From assembly GCA_002269645.1 (NCBI GenBank), contig NIVC01000806.1, positions 1-64,000 on the forward strand: a stretch of 64,000 bases of DNA. The letters are read 5' to 3'. The translations under genes and the position numbers were made by a program. Each line of letters starts with the position of its first letter. Within the stretch, counting starts at the first letter, position 1. Origin of the DNA: Macrostomum lignano. Its lineage: Eukaryota. This document shows, one piece after another, positions 10,774 through 24,635 of the stretch. Below the pieces are notes generated by a model. The model did no database searches, was not told the DNA's origin, and worked only from the letters and a program-made list of their open reading frames with translations.

Positions 10774-13700
10774 TGGTTTTGTCTCGCATAGAGACGCCTA
10801 ACCGCAGTACCCCCGTGAAACTTGTCTCTGCCTGGCTGAAAGCTTGTAATGAGTGAGTAGGCTGGGTTGGAGGGTAATAGTGGATCGGGAAGGGCTGTGG
10901 GTAGCTGTATAGGAAGGCAGGCCTATACCTGTACCAAGGTGCTCTGACGGTATCCCTCAGGCGCCCTCTGAGCGTACAGCCAGCGACCCTATTAAAGCTG
11001 GAGTGTGCCAGAACCAGGACCGAGTCTGAGCAGGACGAGACCGTTGGCACGGTCACTATAGAAATGGCGGGTTGGCGAAGCAAAGGGTGAAACAGTCCCG
11101 GCGAATAGCCCTCCTGCCGCTTCAAAGATAAGAGACTGTCTGGCAAGAGTACCCGGGGCTTAGTTGGGGGGAGGCTCCTTCGGGTTGCCACGGCCGTGGG
11201 GGCGGTCAAATGACCGGCATTCTGGCTATTCTAACCCTGGAGAAGGCACGGGCTTCCCTGATTGGTTCTCTCAACCCCCTCCGGCCTCGGGGAGGTTTAT
11301 GATTTGTACCCGGGGGTGGTGGGCGGTCGGCCCCAGCATGGATGCCACGGCTCTAGGCCTTCCACATGGTGACGCGAATTGCGCAAAATTGCACAAAATT
11401 ACGTGAGAAAATTGAAAAAAATTGGGCAAGAATTGCGCAATAATTGCACTCAAATTGTTCATTAAGTGCAATAAAATTACACGAAATCACGCTTAAAATT
11501 ACAATTTAATTGAGCATAAAATTGCAATTCAAGAGCTTAGAAATAGCCGTTGGAGTGGCACTTCAGAATATTGATACGCTCGTATTATAGTGCAGGTAAA
11601 TTTTAAGACTTCCCAAATTTAGCACTCGATCTGCAATTTTCATTATATCTGCTCAGAATTGAACCCAGAAAAGTAATTAAGACACAGTAAAAACCACCTG
11701 TGTTTTTTCGGAATACATTAAATTTTGCAATTTTTCAATAAGATGTTATAATCATTTTTCAATCCAATACATTTCATTGTAATTTTTTATTTCACTTTAC
11801 TACATATTAAAAAATAAAACTACAAACAGATACTAAATATAAACCTTTATGGGCAAAAAACGATGCATAAGATACAAGAAAATACTTGCATAGATTAGTA
11901 AAAATTATTATTATTAAAATATTACTATTTAACTATTTAGAAAAATTATTATTAAACCATTAATAAGCACACTGAACATTGAAACTAATTGAAAAATTCT
12001 TTTACATTTGAAGTGCAAAAGCGTTCTAAATAAACATAATTTATTAGTTAAACAATATTTTAACTTTCAGGGGTGCTGGCTGCATCAGCATGTTTATCTA
12101 AGCAGTTAAAACTTTAAAGATGAAGCCTTTTACACATCTATGATGAAGCTTTTGGATACTTTTAAGTTCAAAACCTTTCTAGATTCCGAAATGAGACTTT
12201 CTAAGAACCCACAGGTAATTATTTTGTAGAATTGAATATTTAAAAAAAGATCCCAGATAAAGTTAGGATTCACTTTTCGCTTATTTATAATTTTTTATCG
12301 CCTTTCCATGATCTTACTTAGACATTACTTTTTAAGGCTACCCAACATTGCCAGCCTGAAGCTCGTTAGAGCTTCCAGAAGTCAATTACAGTGATTACCT
12401 TGCAGTGATTTAGTGATTGCTTATTTAATGTTATTCCTATAGGCTATAACTGATACTTAATGGTTTCCAGTATTGTCTTTCTTACGCTTGCCAGAAATGT
12501 CACGAAACATTTGATTTAACGATGCTCGCACAGATCTCCAGTTGTAGGCTGCAAACCATTCGGACAAAACAGCTCGAAGCTCCTCAACAGATTGCTCGTC
12601 CATCGCAATGCGCTCCGTTAAGCCATTCAGCTCAATAATTGCAGAAATGCAATACTCCTCACCGAAGCGTCAAAGAACGTACTTTATGTACATTGGAGTT
12701 TATGTACATTGGCCCGCTATGAGAATTCGATTTAGGAAACTATAGAAGCACAAACTTGAAAGGCAACGGTTGGTCAAATTTGTCTGCAGCATGCCTTCGC
12801 TTTTGTGTGTTCATTTCTTGGCATGAAGAGAAACACAATTGAGTATTGAGTTGAAGTTGCACTGCTTTATAATTATAAAAGAGTATTATATTATAAATAA
12901 TAATTATAAAATAATGATATAATTAATAATTATAAAATAATTATATAATTAATAATTATAAAATAATTATAATAGATTATAAAAACAAAGTAGCTTTTTG
13001 AGCCACTTATTTTATTTATTTATATAGATTTCATTTTAGAATTTTGGCATACCATTAATTTGTATATGGAATCATAAAATATTATTTTGAAAACTTGCAA
13101 CCAAGATTTTCATAAAACAATCTAGATATAGTGATATGATATATAGTCTAACAGACAATATATCAATAGAAGCCAAAATATTAAATACCTTAAAATAGTA
13201 GCTAATTAGTAAACAGAAGCTATACAAATGATTATACGCTCATAGCTAGGCCTAGTCATTAAGTCATTGATTAAGTTAGTAATCTAGTATATACCTACTT
13301 ACTCAACTATCTTTTGCATATATTATGCTGTACCATTTAATAACCTGATAAGCTTCAGTTTGACTTTTAGACAATACATCAATTAATTTAATTAGAAAAA
13401 AGTAAATGTTTTTAAAATAGCTATAGCTACATTAATTAAAAACCTATTTGTAAGCCTAGCTAATTGCCTATTAAACAATGATGTTCAATTTCATGCTTCA
13501 CTAATTTAATTTAATGTATAGCTCCTATAAATAGTAGAGCTACTAAAATAATTTTGAATTGAAATACATAATGTAATGACCAATGACAATGTAATTACAA
13601 TAAAAGTATAACTTATTAATACAAAATTTTAGTCTACAAAGTGCCACTGCAGTATTAAAATTAATTGTATGCACTTGCCTGATACTGAGAGAGCTCTAGT

Positions 13701-15062
13701 CCTAGATATAAGAAAATGATAGAAAAGTGTAATTACATGTATGAAACTAAAAGATAAAGTTCAAATACAGAGTTGACAAAACATTAACAATGACATAGTA
13801 CATAGACAATTGGTAGCTTTTAGTATTTTATAAAAGGAGCTATGAAAAATGAATTGGACAAACTCCAATAATGCTAGCTAGACTAGTCAATACTTATTAG
13901 TAATAGCTAGCAATAATAGGACTAGAATTAGATAAACTAAAAAACTTTTTTTGAGTTTTACAATCTTAAGTCAAGACTACAAGAGTAAATAGCAAGGCTA
14001 AGTTCTTGTCATTTACGATAAGTGAAAAGCAAGTGGCATTACTAGCCTTCAATTTCAATTACAATGATAAAAAAAGCTAGTAAAAACAACTAAGGAGAAG
14101 GCAACAACAACAAGCAAGAGCAAGAAAGCAGCAATACGTCGACCAATATGGAGCAATAAGGCGCGCTGCTTTTTAAATTTAGCAAAGTTGTTACACTTTT
14201 AAACAAAAAATTCCTAAAATGGTAGATACACTTTCTATTGAATATACAAAGCAGATAGATTTCTAAGAAAAATCAATTTTATTTGTTTGTAAGAATTTAG
14301 AACACTTTAAATTTGTTCAGGGAGTCGTGAAAATTCAGTCATGTAAGTACAACTTATATTGTGCATATTTGCAGCTTATATAAATCATTTTATACCTCAA
14401 TTTCGAAGACTTTGTCTATCCTATGCTTCAATATATTGCAATTCATTTTCTGTACTCGTCAGAATCTGCATGTAATCGTTAAAAAATAATTTCTTTTGGC
14501 AATCTACATGTAATAGATGCGATGTAAATGTACCAGTAGCAAGGATATTTTTTATCTACTACTATACAAGTAATATTTAAAGCATATTTGAAATTGAAAA
14601 AATTGCAATATTCTTTGCAATGCGATTGCAAGAATTTCACTTTCTTGATATGTCTTTAACACTACTTACATAAGCATCTAAAGCGCACATGAAAGTTGAG
14701 AAAATTGCAAGTTCTATGAGAAAGAAATTGCAATTAAGTCAATTATTGTGAATAAAATTGCAAGTTTCAAATTTTTTCCTCAATTTCGGGTATCATGTGT
14801 CGGGCCATCCCTATTAGGCAGGGGGTCTTCTAACCTGGTTTTTGGGCACGGGCTCCTGACTGGTTCGTCGAACCGCTGTCACTGTCCCCCGAGGAGGTTT
14901 GGTTTTTGTGATACTGCCCTGTACAGTCCTCTATATTCTATCTAGGCTTTAGTGTACATTAGTGCACTCCCAATCTGGAACCTAATTTATAACTAGTGGC
15001 GTAAGAGCCTATTTACTAAGGCTGAGGCGCCGGAATTACTTATCAATAGTCAATAGTCAATA
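10774..15062 (+). mobile_element. Unclassified non-coding retroposon-like insertion (~850 bp when the inner element is removed)
   Basis: Flanked by a 21-bp target duplication GCCATGAGAGCCTAACTTCTG (10753-10773 / 15063-15083). Ends in a (TCAATAG)n tail. Confidence 0.7.
11363..14799. mobile_element. Putative CMC(CACTA-like)-type non-autonomous DNA element
   Basis: Imperfect inverted ends CACATGGTGACGCGAATT / rc CACATGATACCCGAAATT, 2-bp TC duplication (11361-62 / 14800-01), and AATTGCA-rich subterminal blocks at both ends. The interior is AT-rich with no intact ORF. Confidence 0.55.
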
Positions 15063-18000
15063 GCCATGAGAGCCTAACTTCTGCACCTACACAAGCGCAC
15101 TACAATGTGTAAGTGCTTTTTCTTAAAGGAATTTAATGAAGAGTAATTAGAATCATGCCATAAAAGTGTTAATTTGCCATACGTCGGTTGCATGTACGTC
15201 GTTACGTTGGGGGAACTTTGAATGTTGTACAAGCCGCGATGCAGCTCTCTCAGATCGGCGGGCTTTGTCAGCGGCATGATGGCGGATGACCGTCCGTGCT
15301 TTTCAGAAAGTTTCGCTGTTTGGCCTGAGCGCTCTAACTCCTACCCGTTCCCAATAGCCTTGTGCAGCAAAACCCTTGAAGTGGGCTGCCGATGAGGTTC
15401 GCGAAGACTCGGCAATAGTCTGCAGAGCCAGCCCGGCTTAAGAACCTCCAACTGTTTGACGAAGCTGCTGTTGCATGGTAGTGGGCTTGAAGTACGCAGC
15501 TAGAGATGAAGATCGGATGAATGTCGGCTTGCTGCTGCCTTCAGCAGTTCGCAATTTGGCGCAACAAAAGTAAAGTACATGGCGATGGAATGAAGGACTA
15601 CTGCGTAACCACAAATAATTTATTTAAACTCAAGCTAATTTGAGAATGCATTTAAACATTTTAACAAAGGCACAACAAAAGCGCCGTATCTATCTTATAA
15701 TGATGAATAATGATGTGCTACTATAATTAAGTTGCACTCTTTTAAATCTTAATATTTTTGTGGCTTTATTTTCATGTTTTTCTTGACAACAACGTTGATG
15801 CTAGGGTAGGGGGTAAGGCGGCCTGTGGTATGTAGCATGTAGGCCTATGTTCATGTTGATGCATAATTTACAATATGACCTAATAGACCCTCGTCATTTG
15901 CGCGTTATTATTATCTTATCAGTAGCACCCAACCAGAGGTTTTTAAATACCAAGTATGCCTTAGTTTTTAACCTGTAATCTGTAGTGTAGCCGTAGGCAG
16001 CCATACCATTGGCATTTAGGCAATAGGCCTAGCCTAGGCAGGGCTGGCACCTGCCACCTGGTAGGTAGGGTTATGCCTTAGTTAGACTAATTGTAGTTGT
16101 AGCCACTTGTAGGGTAGGCGCAGGCCTAGCTAGTTAGTCAGAAGTCAGCTAGTGCTAGGCCTACTTTAACCTTATACTATTATAGTATTACTATTACTAT
16201 ATAGTATTACTATAGGCTTTTAAAAGGCCACTTTTTTAATAGATGGGCCTATGGCTATGCTGTGCTGTGCCCTGTGGCCTGTGATTGCTTATTTTTATTT
16301 TATGCCCTTTAGATGCTGTCTATTATTAAAAAAGAAATAGGGTATAGGCCTAGGCCTAATATAGAAAGAATTTAAAGAAAGATAGGCCTAATCTAGGCCC
16401 CCCTATGCCTAGGCTAAGGTAGACTACCCTATAGCATAGCTACAGTATAGCCTATGACTATACATGTAGATGTGTATATATAAAATGCAATTTAAAAATA
16501 GAGTTGTTGCTACAAAAAGTGAATATATTTTTTTGGCCCCTATAAATATTTATAAAGTGAAATGTATCTAAATTTTTTAAATATTTTTAGTTTTTAGGTC
16601 TATAGATTTGATTTATAATAATATAAGCCCTAGCCTAGCTGCCTAATGAATTTGTGACTATTAGGCCTAGATGATTTGCTTATAATAGGCCTATTTTGAC
16701 CCAGTTGCCTTGGCTATATCATCTTTATTATATTATTCAAAAAGGAATTAGAAATATAAACCTACAAGGGCTGTTTCAAAAGTAATATTAATTTTCACTG
16801 TTTCTTAGGCCTATTTTGATAATCCAATGTGACATTGCTAGTTTAAGTGGTCCCGAGAGGGCCGTTGGACTATAGTTTCCCTTGCTATTTCTCATTTTAA
16901 TTTCTCCAATAGTTTATTTTAACGTTTACTTGTAGTAGAGCCCAATGAATTTGTACTTATCGCTAACTCACTGCGCATTTTGCTATCCTTTCATGCGACC
17001 GTAGAAAACTGGCATGATCGATAATTTTAAGTTCTTTAGCCAGCCAATGAGAACCGCTCATGCTTCGTGCTACCCCCTCTCTGTGTTCCTTTTTTAACCC
17101 TCGCCTGGCGAGCTGGGGGTCTCCTTCCTCCCTTCTTTCCTGGTTTTGCTCTCTCTCTCCTTAGGCTTGTCTGCCTTGTTCTCTGTCTGGCTGCCTCGAG
17201 CCTCCTTATCTCACGCCATGGCTGACGCCAATCCTGCCTACTGTGTCTCACCGCCTTCACTATGCTCATTGCCATTGCTCATTACGTTACATCGCCATTG
17301 CATCACTCGTCTGTCACTTGACTTCATCTCCAATTATATTCAAAACCATTGTTGCAGCCGCCAGTGCCCAGAAGATAGTTTGTGTATTGACAGTAATAAC
17401 CAAGCCTAATATTGATTTTAACAATAAAACAACTACGGCAGTTTCCTGCCTTTGTTGCCAAGTGCTCCGCTACACAATCCGCTTTGCAAGAGTTGACTTC
17501 AACTTATTTTGGAACTACGACTTACTGCAACGCTTGTCAAAATGGCCCTTTTAAGGGTCCTAGCCATAGTTAGCCGCTACGCCAACATCAACATCGTGAC
17601 ACCAAAAATATCATTTTGTAGAATTTTATAGTGGCAACCGTTTTTTATATTAACTTAAATATTCCTAAAATCTAACAAGGAAACTAAAGCTAACTAAGGG
17701 TAATTGGCTAGGCCTACAGTAAATGTGTAAAATGACTTTAGTAAATGACTGCATTAGACCTATGAGTTCATGAAAGTTGCGCATGAATCTTGGTTACACT
17801 ATGCTTTGTCCTTTAAAAGGTATAAATTTCACTCCCCTGAGCAACACTTGAATATACAATATATCCATGATTTTTGGCTTAGCAAAAAAGGGAACAAAAA
17901 GCAATGAAGCTGAAGCCCAATAGGAAATATTTTGTTGCTTTAAAAGTTTTGTTTCTCTTAATTTTTCTATGTCACTATTTAAACAGCCTAACAAAGAAGT

Positions 18001-19196
18001 CTAAGTGCATTAAATCTAAAGTAATTTTGTAAATTTCCACTAGCTTATTAATTTATTGTAAGTTTATAGTTCAGCTTTTGTTTCCACTTTTGTTTCCATT
18101 GTTTGATTTTTGGCCTATGTTAAAATTAATATGAAGAAAATAGTTGCCACTATAAAATTGTGCAAAATAATGTTTTTAGATCATCAGAATGAGAAATATA
18201 ATGAAAAGTATAGATTGTACTTTTAGAATGCAATATAAACCAGGAAGGTTTAAGACTAACTTTTGTAAATATTGTTATACTATTATCAAGATGATATAGC
18301 TTGCATTAGGAAAAATACTAGAAAAAATTAAGCTCTGCACTCTAAAACCTAGAAAGGCAATTTTTTGTTGTCTAATTTGTGCCACAAAAATAAAATTTTG
18401 CAATAAAATTTGAAATAATTAAATAAACAATTACATAAAAAATATATTGAATTTGCTATCTTCTCTAAAAAATATATATAAATCTAAAAACTAGATATTA
18501 AATTTGATAGAATCCACTATTATGGAAAGTTTCATTTAGGAGGCTTTTAGATAAAGCATGCAGATAGAGATACTTGTATGGTTATAAGAATACATAGTTT
18601 TGATGTATAGTAGTTATCTAGTAATATTTGCCACTTAATAAACTAGACTTGAAGATTTTAAAGATCTTTAGAGGTTTTGATTTAATAGATAAAAAGGGGT
18701 AGAGGAAGTAAATCAATGGATATTGATATTGCCTGTTTAAAAGCAAGACTCTTTAGTCCCTGGGGTTGGGGACTCAAGGAACAGAGATCTTGTAGGGCAT
18801 GTATGGGCTAAAATTACCATAAGATAAATGAGATGCTATTAATGAGTGATAGTGTAAAATATTGCTGTCACTTTTTATTTCAATCCAATATTATAGTGAG
18901 TGATAGCAGAACTGTTACCATTAGATTTGACATCATTAAAACTTAAAACTTAAAATAAATTTATAAGCTATCAATGCAGATACAGATAGGCAATGGCAAA
19001 AATCAGATACATGCTTTTTCAAGCTATGGCAAAAAAATTAGGATTTTTTATCCAACCTCTAAATGCATACTGGACTCCCAGACCAGCTGCTGATTGTGTA
19101 TAAAAATGCCACTTATTCTATGTGGCTATGTTAAAATTGTTCAGATTAAATTGGTAATAATTCAATTAATATTTTCAATGAAATCCAACTGCAGCC

Positions 19197-20876
19197 ATGA
19201 CCAGTTTAAACTGCCTGTTTTGGTCCAGCTGGTTCTGGCTGCCCAATAGCACTAGTTGGCAGGAATTTGCCGAATTGAAACAGCCCAGCGAGTACAAGCC
19301 GCGGCTGCAAGATCTATGGATTATGTTTCCATGCACCGTCGCTATTCATATTGTTCGCCTAGCAACCGAGCGCTTCCTGCTAAAGCCTATTGGCCGTCAT
19401 TATGGTCTGCGCGAATTTGTCAGCCCGAAGTCGGCCCCGGGTCAGGCTAGCAAACTGCAGAAATTTGCAGAGGCGTCTTGGCACGGCTGCTTCTATATAA
19501 TGTCCAGTATCTATGGCGTTGCTGCGCTATGGGACAAGGCCCACCTGTGGGATACTAGACTGCTGTGGCGGGATTGGCCTCATCATGCTGTGCCCACAGA
19601 GATCTACTGGTACTACATGCTTGAGCTAGGCTATTACTGGGCCGCTCTGTTTTATATTTCGTTTGAATCAAAAAAGAAAGACTTCTTTGAAATGGTGCTG
19701 CACCATGTGGTCACAATCTGGCTGCTGGTGTTCTCTTGGTCCACTAATTTTGTACGCGTCGGCTCTCTTGTACTGCTGGTTCACGATGTGGTTGATCCGT
19801 TTCTGCAGGTGCGACTGGCTTTCTATTGATATATCTGTATTGATCAAGTGTATTGTGTTTATTTCACAACGAACAAGCTCATCACAATCTCTAAAATTTA
19901 CAAGCTAGCTCACAAGCTCGCATTGTAAAAACACTTTAAAATGTGAAGGACACTTTAAAAATTGTGCACTTCACAGACTGTGCACTTCACAGACTGAACA
20001 CTTCACAGACTGGACACCTCACAAACTGGACACTTCACAAACTGGACACTTCACAAACTGTACACTTCTCAAACTGGACTCTTCACAAACTGTACTCTTC
20101 ACAAACTGTGCTCTTTACAAACTGGATACTTCACAGACTGTGCACTTCACAGACTGGACACTTCACAGACTGGACACCTCACAAACTGGACACTTCACAA
20201 ACTGGACACTTCACAAACTGGACACTTCACAAACTAAACACTTCACAAACTGGACACTTCACAAACTGGACACTTTACAAACTGGACACTTCACAAACTG
20301 GACTCTTCACAGACTGGACACTTCACAAACTGGACACTTCACAAACTGGACGCTTAGTTCAAAGATTATTATTGGTTGATAAGTACATCCTAAATCTGTA
20401 AAGTACTAATTAACCCACTTAATTAACTTATCAATATCAACCTGTGCTCATCGAACTTGACATCGCTAAACCCACAGGGTGCAAAGGTGTTCAAATACCT
20501 GGGCATGCAGAGCCTGTGCAACCTGTCTTTCACCCTGTTCACGCTCGGCTGGCTACTCACACGGCTGTCGGCCTATCCGCTAGTCATCTTGCGCAGCAGC
20601 CTTTGGCAGAGTGTAGAAGAATTCGGCATGTTCCCAGCTCACCTGCTATTCAATGGCGCCCTGATATTGCTGCAATGCCTGCACATTGTCTGGTTCTACT
20701 TCATTGTTAAAATTCTAATCCGCTCTCTGAGGGTCGGTAAAGTTGTGAACGATACTCGATCGGATTCTGAGCAGTCTGATTGCTCCGATGACGAGCCACA
20801 TTCGCCTGTTGCTAACGGCGCTCAGGCTGTTAGGCGTCGGCATAGAAACGGATTGGCAAAAAATTCTTCTACTTAA
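19197..20876 (+). CDS. CERS: Ceramide synthase (LAG1/TLC domain), 2 exons
   Basis: Exons 19197-19808 and 20478-20876 (phase 0). Lag1p motif KKKDFFEMVLHHVVT...NFVRVGSLVLLVHDVVDPFLQ|GAKVFKY and an acidic C-terminal RSDSEQSD. No homeobox insert. Confidence 0.95.
19960..20350. repeat. 16-bp tandem repeat in CERS intron
   Basis: (CTGGACACTTCACAAA)n. Confidence 0.95.
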
Positions 20877-21142
20877 CTTTGCCCCTAAAAGTACTTTTGT
20901 ACAAGAAAACGTACTTTTTAAGCTGAGATACTGATATCCTTTACCTAAAAAATTGTTGGCTAGATGGCGTATTAGCTAGATAGTTTAATCCATTTAATAT
21001 TTGCTTCACTCGTAGTTTGCAGCTTAAATTTATGTATATATTATTGGCATATTAATAATTTCATGACAAATATGATTTTTAGTATTTTTGCGGATTGCTA
21101 TATACCATTCAAGAATGGGATTTTTCTGTAGGATTAACTTTA

Positions 21143-22270
21143 GTGTGTACCCTCTCCCTGAACATTCAGTGTGTACCCTCTCCCTGAACATTCAGTGTGT
21201 ACCCTCTCCCTGAACATTCAGCGTGTATCCTCTCCCTGAACCTTCAGTGTGTACCCTCTCCCTGAACATTCAGTGTGTACCCTCTCCCTGAACATTCAGT
21301 GTGCACTGTGTACCCTCTCCCTGAGACTTCAGTGTGTACCCTCTCCCTGAACATTCAGTGTGTACCCTCTCCCTGAGACTTCAGTGTGTACCCTCTCCCT
21401 GAACATTCAGCGTGTACCCTCTCCCTGAACATTCAGTGTGTACCCTCTCCCTGAGACTTCAGCGTGTATCCTCTCCCTGAACCTTCAGTGTGCACTGTGT
21501 ACCCTCTCCCTGAGACTTCAGTGTGTACCCTCTCCCTGAACATTCAGTGTGTACCCTCTCCCTGAGACTTCAGTGTGTACCCTCTCCCTGAACATTCAGT
21601 GTGTGTGTGTACCCTCTCCCTGAACATTCAGTGTGTACCCTCTCCCTGAGACTTCAGTGTGTACCCTCTCCCTGAACATTCAGTGTGTACCCTCTCCCTG
21701 AGACTTCAGCGTGTATCCTCTCCCTGAACCTTCAGTGTGCACTGTGTACCCTCTCCCTGAGACTTCAGTGTGTACCCTCTCCCTGAACATTCAGTGTGTA
21801 CCCTCTCCCTGAGACTTCAGTGTGTACCCTCTCCCTGAACATTCAGTGTGTACCCTCTCCCTGAACATTCAGTGTGTACCCTCTCCCTGAGACTTCAGTG
21901 TGTACCCTCTCCCTGAACATTCAGTGTGTACCCTCTCCCTGAACATTCAGTGTGCACTGTGTACCCTCTCCCTGAGACTTCAGTGTGTACCCTCTCCCTG
22001 AACATTCAGTGTGTACCCTCTCCCTGAACATTCAGTGTGTACCCTCTCCCTGAGACTTCAGTGTGTACCCTCTCCCTGAACATTCAGTGTGTACCCTCTC
22101 CCTAAGACTTCAGTGTGTACCCTCTCCCTGAACATTCAGTGTGTACCCTCTCCCTGAACATTCAGTGTGTACCCTCTCCCTAAACATTCAGTCGGTACTT
22201 TCTCCTGAACATTCAGTGTGTACCCTCTCCCTGAACCTTCAGTGTTTACTTTCTCCTGAACATTCAGTGA
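21143..22270. repeat. 26-bp tandem repeat
   Basis: (GTGTACCCTCTCCCTGAACATTCAGT)n with GAGACTTC variants. Confidence 0.95.
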
Positions 22271-23739
22271 GACTTTAAATTAATTTTGTTTCGCAAAAAG
22301 CCACGGCAGAAACTCGGACTTAACTTTTTTGATTTGATCTGCTTTTTTTACCTATTGTTTACTATATTACAATCATGATATGCTGTTGTAACTGTCTTGA
22401 GTACCTGTTCACTTGTCAATGCATTGGTTTGATTTGAACCGTTTTCGATTAGCCAATATTTGTTATATTATACTCGATCAATTACTCGATCAATTATTTT
22501 CGATCAATTTATTATTTTTTTATCTCTCTTTTCAAGGTGTCACGTCAGCTTTACTCTTGCATGCTAATTAATTACTGTATGCTTATATATTTGTTTTCTG
22601 TAAGTATCATCCCTGCAGTTTATTATTTTTTTATATTTCTGTGTCTACCACTTCCATTTTGTGATCCTCTCTGAGATGTAGAGGTTTGCTCTTTACTATT
22701 GACTAGAGACCAAGCGTCGTAGTTTATCAGAAGCAAAAAGTGGTTATTTATTTAGCATTTTTTGTATGCTCTACTTATACGAGCGTAGTAGAAATAACTG
22801 AAAATTATGCTAATAATAATAATAATAAACTTTAACTTAGTACTCTACTTATAGTAGAAATGACAGAAAAATATGCGTATAAAATTAATAATAAACATTA
22901 ACTTAGTACTCTACTTATAGTAGAAATATGAGGAAATGCGATAAAAATTTGCAATCCTAAGCTATACTAAATCGAGACAATGCCTATTAGAATAATTTCA
23001 ATATGTAATGTAGGCAGGTATTTCAGTGATATTAAAGGTCACGTGATCTTCAGGCCGCTGGAAAACCCCAGTTTAAGCCTAACTTTTTATCTTTCTCACA
23101 TTTTCAAACAGAAGCTATAAAAAGGAAGAGAGCGGAATCAGTTCTGTTGCTTTTTTACTTTCTCAGCTAATTTCTTGATTCTACAGTCAGTTAATGTTAT
23201 TAAAATGCTGATTTTGTCTATTTTATAACCCGAAGCACCAATTTGATCAGTTGAACTTTTTAAAAGTCTACTTAACATTGCAGCTAAATAAGCGTAAAGC
23301 ACTTTTTTCTATGCTTATTTATTTGCATGAATATTTATATAAATATATATTATTATATATACCCTGCTGGATGTTTTGCTATACAATTTTGCACTTTTTG
23401 CACTTTCAGCTTCTGTTCTTTGCGCGTTCGCTATTTTTGCGATTTTCAAAAATAAAAATTAGTACCAGTTATCGCTTTTAGTCACGCTTCTAGAGTTGCT
23501 CTTGTAACTTCTCTGTGAAATTATTTTTTACAATTAACCCAAACTTCACACTCCGGAGGCAAAATTGATATTGTGTCGGTTTTGTACCGAAAAAAATAAA
23601 TTATTTATCTATTGTCCTAATTGTTTCAGTTTAAATACTAATGTTCCGAACATACCTTGACAATGGCTTTATTAGTAGTTGTTTTAGTCTGTATCTTAAT
23701 CGGCTATTGTTTGCGTTCAATTATTTGGGCTGAACTTTG

Positions 23740-24505
23740 CAGAAGCTGGCGCAGGTAGGGTGATGAAGTTGGTGCAGGTAGGGTGATGAAGCTGGGTGCA
23801 GGTAGGGTGATGAAGCTGGTGCAGGTAGGGTGAAGCAGGTGCAGGTAGGGTGATGAAGCTTGTGCAGGTAGGGTGATGAAGCTGGTTTAGGTAGGGTGAA
23901 GCTGGTGCAGGTAGGGTGATGAAGCTGGTTCAGGTAGGGTGAAGCTGGTGCAGGTAGGGTGATGAAGCTAGTGCAGGTAGGGTGATGAAGCTGGTGCAGG
24001 TAGGGTGATGAAGCTAGTGCAGGTAGGGTGATGAAGCTGGTGCAGGTGTGGTGATGAGGAAGCTGGTGCATGTAGGGTGATGAAGCTGGTGCAGGTAGGG
24101 ATATGAAGCTAGTGCAGGTGTGGTGATGAAGCTGGTGCATGTAGGGTGATGAAGCTGATGCAGGTGTGGTGATGAAGCTGATGTAGGTGTGGTGATGAAG
24201 CTGGTGCATGTAGGGTGATGAAGCTGATGCAGGTGTGGTGATGAAGCTGATGTAGGTGTGGTGATGAAGCTGGTGCATGTAGTGTGATGAAGCTGATGCA
24301 GGTGTGGTGATGAAGCTGATGTAGGTGTGGTGATGAAGCTGGTGCAGGTGTGGTGATGAAGCTGGTGCATGTAGGGTGATGAAGCTGGTGCAGGTGTGGT
24401 GATGAAGCTGGTGCAGGTAGGGTGATGAAGCTGGTGCAGCTGTGGTGATGAAGCTGGTGCAGGTAGGGTGATGAAGCTGGTGCAGCTGTGGTGATGAAGC
24501 TGGCA
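23740..24505. repeat. 23-bp tandem repeat
   Basis: (GATGAAGCTGGTGCAGGTAGGGT)n. Confidence 0.95.
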
Positions 24506-24635
24506 CAGATAGATAAAACTTAGACAATGATACAAAGATTCTTAATATTTTTGTAAATATGTAGGCAGCAATAAAAATTAGTAAATTTAATACAGATAAG
24601 GAAGAACGTTAAATTTAACAGTAAATATTGAAATA

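Larger units (their letters stand above)
8397..15104 (+). mobile_element. Ty3/gypsy LTR element 1 (non-autonomous: gag-protease plus integrase remnant), 3' LTR split by an insertion
   Basis: 5' LTR 8397-8589 (TGTAGTGC...GCACTACA). 3' LTR 10602-10773 + 15063-15104. 5-bp TSD ATGTG (8392-8396 / 15105-15109). PPT TGGGGGAGAGA 10591-10601. PBS-like TGGCGTCGCA at 8591. Confidence 0.92.

Noticed and set aside
10774-10870. Hammerhead-like GAAAC..GTC at the 5' end of the unclassified retroposon
   Set aside because: No CUGANGA box in a compatible position on either strand.
12480-12830. GC-richer island in the CMC-like element, possibly a transposase remnant (minus strand ...ALRWDEQSVEELRAVLSEWFAAYNW...)
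   Set aside because: Multiple stops and no motif I can assign; needs a profile search.
15074-15277. Possible first exon of a minus-strand gene (MPLTKPADLRELHRGLYNIQ...)
   Set aside because: No downstream exon could be linked, no homology was recognised, and the ORF end runs into the LTR remnant.
17036-17554. Short ORFs in a GC-richer island with a CCAAT box upstream of CERS
   Set aside because: No coding signature. It may be the promoter or outron start of the gene cluster, but this cannot be supported from sequence alone.
23721-24535. His/Pro-rich minus-strand ORFs
   Set aside because: Satellite translation.
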